Assembly (NCBI RefSeq): GCF_009914755.1
Contig: NC_060940.1
Direction: 5' to 3' (one strand)
DNA length: 64,000 nt
Source: the human T2T-CHM13v2.0 reference genome, Homo sapiens
Of this stretch, positions 28,495 through 42,744 are shown in pieces. The position numbers were made by a program, and so were the translations under genes. The notes below the pieces were generated by a model. That model saw nothing but the letters and a program-made list of their open reading frames with translations. It was not told where the DNA came from and did not search any database. The first letter of the stretch is position 1; every line of letters starts with the position of its first letter.

Positions 28495-31400
28495 TTCAAT
28501 TCAGTTCTGTTCTATTATGAATCCATTCGATTTCATTCAATGCTTCTATTTGATTCCATTCGACGATGATTCCATCTCTTTCCCTTCGATGTTTCCATTT
28601 GATTCCATTCAGTGATGATTCCATTTGATTCCATCTGATGATGATTTCACTTGATTCATTTCAATGATGATTCCATTCAAGTCCATTCGATGATTCCATT
28701 GGAGTCCAAACGATCATTCCATTCGATTCCATTCAATGATGATTCCATTCATGTCCATTCAATGAATCCTTTCAATTCCATTCGATGATGACTCCATTCG
28801 AGTACATTCGATGATTCCATTTGATTCCATTTGATGATGATTACATTCAATTCCATTCGAAGATGATTCCATTCAATTCCACTTGATGATGATTCCGTAT
28901 GAATCCATTCGCTGATTATTCCATTCGATTCCATTCATTGACGATTCCATTCGATTCCATTCAATGATGATTCTCTTCTATTCCATTCGATGATTCCGGT
29001 CGATTCCATTCGATGATGATTCCATTAGATTCCATTCGATTGTTGCATTCGATTCCCTTCGATGATGATTCCTTTGAATTCCATTCGATTATGATTCCGT
29101 ATGAATCCATTTGATGATTATTCCATTGGATTCCTTTCGATGATGATTCCATTCGATTCCATTTGATGATGTTTCTCATGTATTCCATTTGATAATTCCT
29201 TTCAATTCCCTTCGATGATGATTCTTTCGAGTCAATTCGATGATTCTATTCCATTCCCTTCGATGATGATTCCATTTCACTCCATTCGATGATTCCATTC
29301 GATTCAATTTGGTGATGATTCAATTCGATGACATTCGATGACTCCATTCAATTTCATTTGATGATGATTACATTCGAGTCCATTTGATGATTGTATTCCT
29401 TTCCTTTTGATGATTATTCCATTCGTGTCTATTCAAAGATTCCATTCTATTCCATTCAATGATGATTCCAATTGATTCCATTCAATGATTATGGCTATCG
29501 ATTCCACTCGTTGATTCCATTTGATTCCATTCGATGATTATTCCGTTAGATTCCATTAGGAGATTCCATTCGATTTTATTCAATGATTCCAATTGATTCC
29601 ATTCAATGATGATTCCATTCCACTCCGTTCAGTGATTCCATTTGAGTCCATTTGAGGATTCCATTCGAGTCCATTTGATGATTCCATTCTTTTCCATTTG
29701 ATGATGATTCCATTAGGGTCCATTCAATGATTCCATTCGAGTCCATTCGTTAATGCCTTTCGAGTCCTTTTGATCACTACATTCGAGTCCATTCAATGAT
29801 TCTATTCGATTCCATTCCATGATGATTCCATTCGAGTTCATTCGATGATTGCATTCGAGTCCATTTGATGATTCCATATGATTCCATTCGACAATGATTC
29901 CATTCGTGTCCATTTGATGATTCCATTCATTTCCTATCGATGAAGATTCCATTCGAGTGTATTCGATGATTCCATTCAAATCCATTCGATGATGATTCCA
30001 TTCCAGTCCATTCGATCATTCCACTTGATTCCATTTGATGACTATTCCATTCAAATCCATTTGATGATTCGATTCGATTCCATTCGATGTTACCATTCCA
30101 GTATATACGATGATTCCACTCGATTCCATTTGATGATTATTCCATTGGAGTCGACTTAGTGAATCCTTTAGATTCTACTCGAAGATGATTCCATTCGAGT
30201 CCATTCGATGATACCATTCAATTCCATTCGTTGATGCTTCCATTCAAGTGCATTCGATGATATCATTCGATTCCATTTGATGATAATTCCATTTGATTCC
30301 ATGCGATGATTCTATTCCATTCCATTCGATGATGATTCCATTCGATAATGATTACATTCGAGCCCATGTGATGATTCCATTAGATTCTATTCAATGATGA
30401 TTCCATTCGACCACATTCGATGATGGCATTCGAGTCCATTCGATGATTTCACTCGATTCCACTTGATGATGATTCCTTTTGAGTCCATTTGATGATTACA
30501 TTCGAGTCCATGAGATGACTCCATTCGATTCCATTTCATGATGATGCAATTCGAGGCTATTCGATCATCCCATTTTAGTGCATTCGGTGATTCTCTTTTA
30601 TTACATTCGATGAGGGCTCCATTCGAGTCCATTCAATGATTCCATTAGATTCCACTCGATGATGATTCCATTTGAGTCCATTCAAAGATTCCTTTCGAGT
30701 CCATTCGATAATTCTATTGGATTCCACTAGGTGATGATTCCTTTCGAGTCAATTCGATGATTCCTTTCAAGTGCCTTCAATGATTCCATTCGATTCCATT
30801 CGATGACGATTCATTTCAAGTCCATTCAATGGTTCCATTCTGTTGAATTTGATGGTTCCATTGGATTCCATTCGATGATGATTCCATTCGTGTCCATTGG
30901 ATGATTCCATTCGATTCCTTTCGAGGAAGATTCCATTCGACTCCATTCGATGATTCCGTTCGATTCCATTCCATGATGATTCCATTTGATTCCATTCCAT
31001 GATTCCATTCGATACCATTCGATGATGATTCCATTCGACTCCATTTGATGAATCCATTCAATGCTTCCATTCGAGTCCATTCGATGATTCCATTCGATTC
31101 CATTCCATGAAGATTCCATTCGAGTACATTTGATGATTCCATTTAATTCCATAGGATGATGATTCTATTAGGGTCCGTTGACTATTCCATTCAATTCCAT
31201 TCGAAGATTCCATTCGAGTCCACTCGATGATTCTATTTGATTCCATTTGATAATTCCATTCGATTCCATTTGATGTTGATTCCATTCGAGTCCATTCGAT
31301 CATTATTACATTTGATTCTATTCGATGATTCCATTCGATTCCATTTGATGAGGATTCCATTCGAGACCATTTGATGATTCCATTCAATTCCATTGGATGA

Positions 31401-34400
31401 TTCCAATATTTTCCATTAGATGATGATTCCATTCGATTCCATTCAATGATGATTCCATCAGAATCCATTCGATGATGACTCCTTTTGCTTCCATTCAATG
31501 ATCATTACATTCGGTTCCATTCGATGATGATTCCTTTGGATTCCATTCGATGATGCTTCCATTCGATTCCATTTGATGATGATTCTTTTCGATTCCATTT
31601 GATGATGATTCCATTTGATTCCATTCGATGGTGATTCCATTTGATGATTCCATTCGATTGTATTCGATGATGATTCCACTCGATTCTATTTGATGATGAC
31701 TGCATTCGATTCCATTTGATGATTCCATTTGATTCCATTCGATGATGATTCTGATCAATTGCATTCGATGATCCATTCGATTCCATTTGATGGTTCCATT
31801 TGATTCCATTTGATAATGATTCCTTTCGAGTCCATTCGATGATTCCATTTGCGGATATTCGATAATTCCATTTGAGTCCAACCGATGATTCCATTCGAGG
31901 CCATTCAATCATTCTTTTTGAGTCCTTTCGATAAAGATTCCATTTTAGTCCATTCAATAATTCCACTGGAGTCCATTCGATGATTGCTTTTAATTCCATT
32001 CGATGATATTCCATTCGAGTCCATTCGATGATTCCATTCGTTGCTATTAGATGATGATTCCATTCATGACCATTTGGTGATTCCATTCGATTTCATTCGT
32101 TGATGATTCCATTCGAGTCCATTCCATGATTCCATTCAAGTCCATTTGATGATTTCTTTGAATTCAATTCGATGATGATTCCATTCGAGTCCATTCGATG
32201 ATTCCATTCAGTTCCATTCGATGATGATTCCTTTCGAGACCATATGATGATTCCATTTGATTTCATTCGATGATGATTCCATTCGATTCCATTCGATGAT
32301 TCCATTCTATTCCATTCGATGATGATTCCATTCGAGTCCATTTAATGATTCCATTGGGTTCAATTCAATGATGATTACATTGGATTCTCTTCTACGATAC
32401 CATTCAATTCCGTTCATTGACAATTTGATTCCATTCGATGATGATTCCATTTGAGTTCATTCGATGATTCTATTCGATTCTCTTCGATGGTGATTCAATT
32501 CTATTATATTGGATGATTCCATTCGATTCCATTTGATGTTGATTCAATTCGATTCTATTCGATGATGATTCCATTGGATTTCATTTGATGATTCTATTCG
32601 ATTCCATTCAATGATGATTCACTTCTCGTCCATTGGATGATTCCATTTCATTCCATTCGATGATGATTCCATTCGATTCCATTCGATGATTCCATTTGAT
32701 TCCATTCGACGGTGAGCAATTCGATTCAATTCCATGATGATTCTATTTGATTCAGTTAGATGATGTTTCCATTCGAATCCATTCCATGATTATTCCATTG
32801 GAATCCATTCGGCGATGATTCCATATGAGTCAATTCAATGATGCTTCCATATGGGTCAGTTCGATGATAATTCCATTTGATTTCATTCGATGCTTCTATT
32901 CAATTCCAGTCGATGATGATTCCGTTGGAGTCCATACGATGACTCCATTTGATTTCATTTGATGATGATTCCATTCGATTCCATTCGATGACTCCATTCT
33001 GTTCCATTCGATGATGATTCCATTCGAGTCCATTCGATGATTCCATTCGAGTCCATTTCATGATTCCATTGGGTTCAATTCGATGATGATTACACTGGAT
33101 TCCATTCTATGATTCCATTCAATTCCATTCGTTGATGATTCGATTCCATTCAATGATGATTCCATTTGAGTTCATTCGATGATTCTATTCGATTCCGTTC
33201 GATGGTGATTCAATTCTATTATATTGGATGATTCCATTCGATTCCATTTGATGATGATTCCATTCGATTCCATTCGATGATGATTCCATTTGTTTCCATT
33301 TGATGTTGATTCTATTCGATTCTATTCAATGATGATTCCATTCGATTTCATTTGATGATTCTATTCGATTCCTTTCGATGATTCTATTCCATTCCATTCG
33401 ATGATGATTCAATTCTCTTCCATTGGATGATTCCATTTTATTCCATTCGACGATGACTCCATTTGATTCCATTCAATGATGATTCCATTCGATTCCATTC
33501 GGTGATTCCATTTGATTCCATTCGACGGTGAGCAATTTGATTCAATTCCATAATGATTCTATTTGATTCAATTAGATGATGTTTCCATTCGAATCCATTC
33601 GGTGATGATTCCATTGGTATCCATTCGACGATGATTCCATATGAGTCAATTCGATGATGATTCCATACGAGTCCGTTGGATGATAATTCCATTTGATTTC
33701 ATTCAATCCTTCTATTCGATTCCATTTGATGATGATTCCATCTGAATCCATTCTCCGATTCCATTCGATTTCATTCGATGCTTCTATTTGATTTCATTCG
33801 AAGATGATTCCTTTCAATTCCGTTCATTAATTCCATTTGATTCCATTCGATGATGATTCCATCCGATTCCATTGGATGATGATTCCATTCGAGTCCATTC
33901 GATGATTCCGTTCTAATCCATTCTATGATTCCATTCGAGTCCATTCGATGATTCCATTCGATTCCATTCAGTGATGATTCCATTTGATTCCATCTGATGA
34001 TGATTTCATTTGATTCCATTCGATGATGATTCCATTGGAGTCCATTGAATGATTCAATTCAATTCCATTCCATGTGGATTCCATTCGAATTCATTCGATT
34101 ATTCCATTCAAATCCCTTCGTTGATTCCATCTGATTCCACTTGACGATGATTCCATTCAAGTCCAATCGATGATTCCATTCGGTTCCATTCAATGATTCC
34201 ATTCGAGTCCATTTATGTATTATATTCGTGTCCACTTGATGACTCCATTCAATTCCATTTAATGATGATTCCATTTGATTCCATTTGATGATTCAGTTCG
34301 ATTCCTTACAATGATTCCCTACGATTCCTTTCTATGATGATTCCATTCGATTCCATTCATTGATGATTCCATTCGACTCCATTCAATGATGATTCCTTTC

Positions 34401-35284
34401 GATTCCATTTGACGATGTTTCCATTTGAGTCCATTCGATGATGATTCCATTGGTATCCATTCGACGATGATTCCATATGAGTCAATTCGATGATGATTCC
34501 ATACGAGTCCGTTGGATGATAATTCCATTTGATTTCATTCAATCCTTCTATTCGATTCCATTTGATGATGATTCCATCTGAATCCATTCTCCGATTCCAT
34601 TCGATTTCATTCGATGCTTCTATTTGATTTCATTCGAAGATGATTCCTTTCAATTCCATTCATTAATTCCATTTGATTCCATTCGATGATGATTCCATCC
34701 GATTCCATTGGATGATGATTCCACTCGAGTCCATTCGATGATTCCGTTCTAATCCATTCTATGATTCCATTCGAGTCCATTCGATGATTCCATTCGATTC
34801 CATTCAGTGATGATTCCATTTGATTCCATCTGATGATGATTTCATTTGATTCCATTCGATGATGATTCCATTGGAGTCCATTGAATGATTCAATTCAATT
34901 CCATTCCATGTGGATTCCATTCGAATTCATTCGATTATTCCATTCAAATCCCTTCGTTGATTCCATCTGATTCCACTTGACGATGATTCCATTCAAGTCC
35001 AATCGATGATTCCATTCGGTTCCATTCAATGATTCCATTCGAGTCCATTTATGTATTATATTCGTGTCCACTTGATGACTCACTCCATTCAATTCCATTT
35101 AATGATGATTCCATTTGATTCCATTTGATGATTCAGTTCGATTCCTTACAATGATTCCCTACGATTCCTTTCTATGATGATTCCATTCGATTCCATTCAT
35201 TGATGATTCCATTCGACTCCATTCGATGATGATTCCTTTCGATTCCATTTGACGATGTTTCCATTTGAGTCCATTCGATGATGA
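28495..35284 (+). repeat. HSat2 macro-repeat unit C, 6,790 bp, internally deleted by 5,875 bp
   Basis: ORF offset versus unit B drops from 12,669 (17044/29713) to 6,794 (23593/30387); junction at 30314-30327; ORFs 28749/35539 are offset by 6,790. Confidence 0.92.
33604..35284 (+). repeat. Nested tandem sub-array, 2 copies (836, 840 bp)
   Basis: ORFs 33771/34607 are offset by 836; the first copy lacks the 4-bp insertion (71-aa ORF variant at 34059, as at 14600). Confidence 0.92.
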
Positions 35285-38200
35285 TTCAATTCAGTTCTGT
35301 TCTATTATGAATCCATTCGATTTCATTCAATGCTTCTATTTGATTCCATTCGACGATGATTCCATCTCTTTCCCTTCGATGTTTCCATTTGATTCCATTC
35401 AGTGATGATTCCATTTGATTCCATCTGATGATGATTTCACTTGATTCATTTCAATGATGATTCCATTCAAGTCCATTCGATGATTCCATTGGAGTCCAAA
35501 CGATCATTCCATTCGATTCCATTCAATGATGATTCCATTCATGTCCATTCAATGAATCCTTTCAATTCCATTCGATGATGACTCCATTCGAGTACATTCG
35601 ATGATTCCATTTGATTCCATTTGATGATGATTACATTCAATTCCATTCGAAGATGATTCCATTCAATTCCACTTGATGATGATTCCGTATGAATCCATTC
35701 GCTGATTATTCCATTCGATTCCATTCATTGACGATTCCATTCGATTCCATTCAATGATGATTCTCTTCTATTCCATTCGATGATTCCGGTCGATTCCATT
35801 CGATGATGATTCCATTAGATTCCATTCGATTGTTGCATTCGATTCCCTTCGATGATGATTCCTTTGAATTCCATTCGATTATGATTCCGTATGAATCCAT
35901 TTGATGATTATTCCATTGGATTCCTTTCGATGATGATTCCATTCGATTCCATTTGATGATGTTTCTCATGTATTCCATTTGATAATTCCTTTCAATTCCC
36001 TTCGATGATGATTCTTTCGAGTCAATTCGATGATTCTATTCCATTCCCTTCGATGATGATTCCATTTCACTCCATTCGATGATTCCATTCGATTCAATTT
36101 GGTGATGATTCAATTCGATGACATTCGATGACTCCATTCAATTTCATTTGATGATGATTACATTCGAGTCCATTTGATGATTGTATTCCTTTCCTTTTGA
36201 TGATTATTCCATTCGTGTCTATTCAAAGATTCCATTCTATTCCATTCAATGATGATTCCAATTGATTCCATTCAATGATTATGGCTATCGATTCCACTCG
36301 TTGATTCCATTTGATTCCATTCGATGATTATTCCGTTAGATTCCATTAGGAGATTCCATTCGATTTTATTCAATGATTCCAATTGATTCCATTCAATGAT
36401 GATTCCATTCCACTCCGTTCAGTGATTCCATTTGAGTCCATTTGAGGATTCCATTCGAGTCCATTTGATGATTCCATTCTTTTCCATTTGATGATGATTC
36501 CATTAGGGTCCATTCAATGATTCCATTCGAGTCCATTCGTTAATGCCTTTCGAGTCCTTTTGATCACTACATTCGAGTCCATTCAATGATTCTATTCGAT
36601 TCCATTCCATGATGATTCCATTCGAGTTCATTCGATGATTGCATTCGAGTCCATTTGATGATTCCATATGACTCCATTCGACAATGATTCCATTCGTGTC
36701 CATTTGATGATTCCATTCATTTCCTATCGATGAAGATTCCATTCGAGTGTATTCGATGATTCCATTCAAATCCATTCGATGATGATTCCATTCCAGTCCA
36801 TTCGATCATTCCACTTGATTCCATTTGATGACTATTCCATTCAAATCCATTTGATGATTCGATTCGATTCCATTCGATGTTACCATTCCAGTATATACGA
36901 TGATTCCACTCGATTCCATTTGATGATTATTCCATTGGAGTCGACTTAGTGAATCCTTTAGATTCTACTCGAAGATGATTCCATTCGAGTCCATTCGATG
37001 ATACCATTCAATTCCATTCGTTGATGCTTCCATTCAAGTGCATTCGATGATATCATTCGATTCCATTTGATGATAATTCCATTTGATTCCATGCGATGAT
37101 TCTATTCCATTCCATTCAATGATAATTCCATTCAATTCAGTGATTCCTCTGGACTCCATTTGATGATGATTCCATTCAATGATTCCATTCGATTCTATTC
37201 GAAAATGATTCCATTTGAATCCATTTGATGATGATTCCATTCGATTCCATTTGATGATTCCATTCGATTCCATTCGACGATGATTCCATTCGATTCCATT
37301 TGATGATTCCATTCTATTCTATTCGATGATGATTCCATTCGATTCCATTCGATGATGATTGGATTCGATTCCATTTGATGATTTCATTTGATTCCATTCG
37401 ATGATGATTTCGATCAATTCCATTCGATGATTCCATTCGATTCCATTTGATAATGATTACATCCGAGTCCATTCGATGATTCCATTTGAGCCCGTTCGAT
37501 AATTCCATTTGAGTCCAATCAATGATTCCATTCATTTCCATTCAATGATTCCATTCGAGTCCATTTGATCATTCCGGTAGGGTCCGTTCGATGTTGATTC
37601 CATTGGAGTGCATTCGATGATTCCATTCGAGTCCATTTTAGGATTTGATTCGAGTCCTTTCGATGATTCCATTCGATTCCACTCGATGCGATGATGATTT
37701 CATTCGAGTCCATTCGACACTTCCAATCGATTCCATTTGATGTTTCCATTCGATTCCAATTGATGATTCCATTCAATTCCATTCGATGATGATTCCGTAC
37801 GATTCCATTCTGTGATGATTCCATGTGATTGCATTCAATGATGATTCCTTTCGATTGCATTCGATTATGATTCATTTCGTGTTCATTCTATGGTTCCACA
37901 GGTTTCACATCGTGTCCATTCCATTATTCCATTCTATTCCATTTGATGATGATTCCATTCGATTCCATTCATTGGTGATTCCACTCAATTCCATTCAATG
38001 ATTCCATTCCATTTCTTTCAACAATGATTCCATTAGTTTCTAATCGATGATCCACTTGATTCCATTTGACGATGATTCCATTCTTGTCCATTCGATGATT
38101 CCATTTGATTCCATATGATGATGATTCCAATCGATTCCATATGATGATGATGCCATTCGAGTCCATTCAATGGTGATTCCATTCAATTCCATTCGGTGAT

Positions 38201-41200
38201 TCCTTTCGATTCCATTTGATGATGATGGCATTCGATTCCTTTCAATCATTCCCTTTGATTCCACTCAAAGGTGATTTCATTCAAGTCCATTCGATAATTG
38301 CATTCGATTCCATTCTATGATGATTCCATTCGAGTCCATTTGATGATTCCATTCAATTCAAGTCAATGATGATTCCATTCGATTCCATTCGATGATTCCA
38401 TTGGATTCCATTCGATGATGATTCCATTCAAATCCATTCGATAATTCAATTCACGTCCATTCGATGATGATTCCAATCGAATCCATTCAAAGATTCCATT
38501 CAATTCCATTCGATGATTCCCTTAGATTCCATTCGATGATTCCACTTGATTCCATTTACGATGATTCCATTCGATTCCATGTGATGATTCCATTCAATTC
38601 TATTCAATGATGTTTCCATTTGATTCCATTCGACCATGATTGCCTTTGATTCCATTCAATGATTCCATTCGGTTCCTTTTGATGATGATTCCGTTCGATT
38701 CCATTTGATGATTCCATTTGATTCCATTGGATGAGTCCATTCGATTACATTCGATGATTATTCCATTCGAGTGCATTAGATGATTCCATTCGAGTCCATT
38801 CGATGATTCCATTCGAGTCCATTCGATGATTCCGTTCGATTCCATTCGATGTTGATTCTGTTCAAATCCATTCGATGATTCCACTCGATTCCATTCGATG
38901 ACTCCATTTGATCCCATTCGATGATTTCCTTTGATTCCCTTTGATGATCATTCCATTTGATTCAATTCGGTGATTTCATTGGATTCCATTCAGTGATGTT
39001 TCCATTCGACTCCATTCGATGATGATTCCATTCGACTACATTCGATTATGATTTCATTCAATTCCATTCGATAAAGATTCCCTTCGAGTCCAATCGATGA
39101 TTCCATTCGATTCCATTCAACGATGATTTGATTCGTGTCCATTCGATGATTCCATTTGATTCCACTTGATGAGGATTCCATTCGACTCCATTTGATGATT
39201 CCATTTAATTCCATTCTCCGATGATTTCTTTTGAGCCCATTCAATGCTTCCACTCGATTACATATGATGATGACTCCATTCGATGAAACTCGATGATGAT
39301 TCCATTCGCTTGCATTCGATGATGATTCCACTTGAGTCCGTTAGAAGATTCTATTCAATTACATTCCATGACGATTCCGTTCGAGTCCATTTGATGATTC
39401 CATTACACTCCATTCGACAATGATTCCATTCAATGTTATTCGATGATTCCATTCGATCTCATTCGATGATGATTCCATTCAACTCCATTCGATGTTTCCA
39501 TTCGAGTTCATTCTATTATTCCATTAGATTCCATTCGATGATGATTCCATTCGATTCCATTTGATGATTGCATTCTATTTCATTTGATGATGATTCCATT
39601 CGAGTCCATTCGATGATTCCATTCGAGTCCATTTAATGAATCCATTGGTTTCAATTCTATGATGATTATATTGGATTCCATTCGTTGATGATTTCATTCG
39701 ATTCCATTCAATGATGATTCCATTCAATTCCATTCAATGATTCCATTCAATTCCATACGATGATGATTCCATTTGATTTGATTCAACAGTGAGCCATTCG
39801 ATTCAATTCCATGATGATTCTATTTGATTCACTTGGTTGACATTTCCATTCGGTTCCATTCGATGATGATTCCATTTGATTCCATTCAAAGATGATTCCA
39901 TTCTAGCCCATTCAATCATTCCATTCGATTCTATTCAATGATGATTCCATTCATGTCGATTTGGTGATTCCATTTGACTTCATTTGATGATGATTCCTTT
40001 CAAGTTCATTAGATGATTCCATTCGATTCCATTTGATGATGATCCCATTGGAGTCCATTCAGTGATTCCACTCGTTTCCATTCCATGATGATTCCATTCC
40101 ATTCCATTCAATGATTCCATTCGATTCCGTTTGATGATGATTTCATTCGAGTCCATTTGATGATTCCATTTGATTCCATTCGATGATGATTCCATTCGAG
40201 TCCATTCGATGATTCTATTCGAATCCATTTGATGATTTCTTTTGATTATATTTGGTGATGATTCCATTGGAGTTCATTCAATGATTCCATTCGATTCCAA
40301 TCGATGGTGGTTCCATTAGAGTCCATTTAATGATTCCATTTGATTCCAGTCTCTGATGTTTACATTCGAGTCCATACGATGATTCCACTCAATTCCATAT
40401 GATGATGATTCCATTCGATTCCATTCGATGATTCCATTCTATTCTATTCAAAGGTGATTCCATTCGAGTACATTAGATGATTCCATTCGATTCCATTCAA
40501 TGATGATTCTATTTGTGTCCCTTAGATGATTCCACATGATTCCATTACATGATGATACTATTTGAGCCCATCCAATGATTCCCTTCGATTCCATTCGATG
40601 AGGATTCCATTCGATTCAATTCATTGGTGATTCTATTCAATTCAATTCTTTGATTCAATTCCATTCCATTCGACAATGATTCCATTCGATTTCTTTCGAT
40701 GATTCCACTCAATTTCACTTGACATTGATTCCATTCGATTCCATTCAATGATTCCATTTGATTCCAGTGGATGATGATTGCCGTCGATTCCATTCGATCA
40801 CTCCATTCTGTTCCATTTGATGATGATTACATTCGATTCCATTTGATGATTCCATCTGATTCTATTCGAGGATTCCATTTGATTCCATTCGATGATGATT
40901 CCATTCGAGTCCATTCGATGATTTCATTCGAGTACATCCAATGATTCCATTCGAGTCCATTTGATGATTCCATTTCATTCCATTTGATTATGATTCTACT
41001 AGAGTCCATTCAATGACTCCATTCGAGTCCATTCAACAGTTCCATCCGAGTCCATTCGATGATTCCATTCGATTCCATTTGATCATTCCATTCGAGTCCA
41101 TTTAATCATTACAGTCGAGTCCATTTGGTGATTCCACTGGATTTCTTTTGATAATGATACCATTCAATTACATTTGATGATGATCCCATTCAATTTCATT

Positions 41201-42740
41201 TGATGATGATTCCATTAGAGTCCATTCCATGATTTCATTCGAGTCCCTTCATTGATTCCATCCGATTTCATTTCATGATGACTCCATTCGAGTCCATTCG
41301 ATGATTCCACTCGATTCCATTAGATGATTCCATTGGAGTCCATTTGATTGTTCCATTCGATTCCATTCGATTCCTTTCGAAGATTATTCCATTTGAGTCC
41401 ATTCGATGATGATTCCATTCCATTCCATTCGATGATTCCGTTTGATTCCATTCGATGATTCCCTGCGATTCCTTTCTATGATGATTCCATTCCATTCCAT
41501 TCAATGATTCCATTCGAATCTATTCCATGATGATTCCTTTCGATTCCATTCGCTGATGTTTCCGTTCAATTCCATTCGATGATGATTCCATTCGATTCCA
41601 TTCATTGAGGATTCCATTTGATTCCATTCAATGATGATTCCATTCTATTCCATTCAATGATTGCATTCAATTCCATTCAATGATTATGCCATTAGAGTAA
41701 ATTCAACGATTCCATTCAATAGCATTCGATGATGATTCCTTTTGAGTCCATTCAATGATTTCATTCAAGTCCATTTGATGATTCCTTTCAATTCCATTCC
41801 ATGATGATTCCATTCGAGTCCATTCGATGATTCCATTCGATTGCATTCGATGATTCCATTATATTCCATTCAACGATGATTCCATTCGAGTCCATTCGAT
41901 GATTCCATTAGAGTACATTTAATGATTGCTTTGTTTTCAATTCGAAGATGATTACATTGGATTCCATTCTATGATTCCATTCGATTCCATTCATTGATGA
42001 TTCCACCCAATTCCATTCGATGATGATTCCATTCGATTTGAATGATTCAACTCGATTCCATTCAATGATGATTCAATTCTATTCCGTTTGATGATTCCAT
42101 TAGATTCCATTCTATGATGATTCCATTCGAGTCCATTCGAAGATTTCATTCGATTACATTCCATGACGATTCCATTCGAGTCCATTCGATGATTCCATTT
42201 GAATCCATTCGACGATGATTCCATTTGATGCTATTCGATGATTCCATTGGATTCCATTCGATGATGATTCCATTCGACTTGATTTGATGTTTCTATTTGA
42301 GTCCATTCGGTTATTTTATTAGACTACATTCGATGATGATTCCATTCGATGCCATTCAGTGATTCCATTTGATTCCACTCAATGATGATTGCATTCGTGT
42401 CCATTCGATGATTCCATTTGGTTCCATTTGATGATGATTCCATTCGAGTCCATTCGATGATACCATTCAATTCCATTCGATGATCATTCCATTCGAATCC
42501 ATTTGATGATTCCACTCAATTCCATTTGATGACTCCTTTCATTCCCATTCGATGATTCCCTTCAGTTCCAATTGGATGATCTTTCCATTTCATTCAATAT
42601 GGTGACTCCATTCTATTATATTCAATGATGATTCCATTCGACTCCATTAGATGATGACTTCATTCCATTCCATTCGATTGTGATTTCATTCGATTCCATT
42701 CGAAGATGATTCCATTCGAGTCCATTCGATGATTCCATTC
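35285..42740 (+). repeat. HSat2 macro-repeat unit D, truncated (about 7.45 kb), more diverged in its distal part
   Basis: Constant offset 19,459 from unit B (16080/35539 through 22865/42324); colinearity ends at about 42720-42752. Confidence 0.9.
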
Positions 42741-42744
42741 GATT

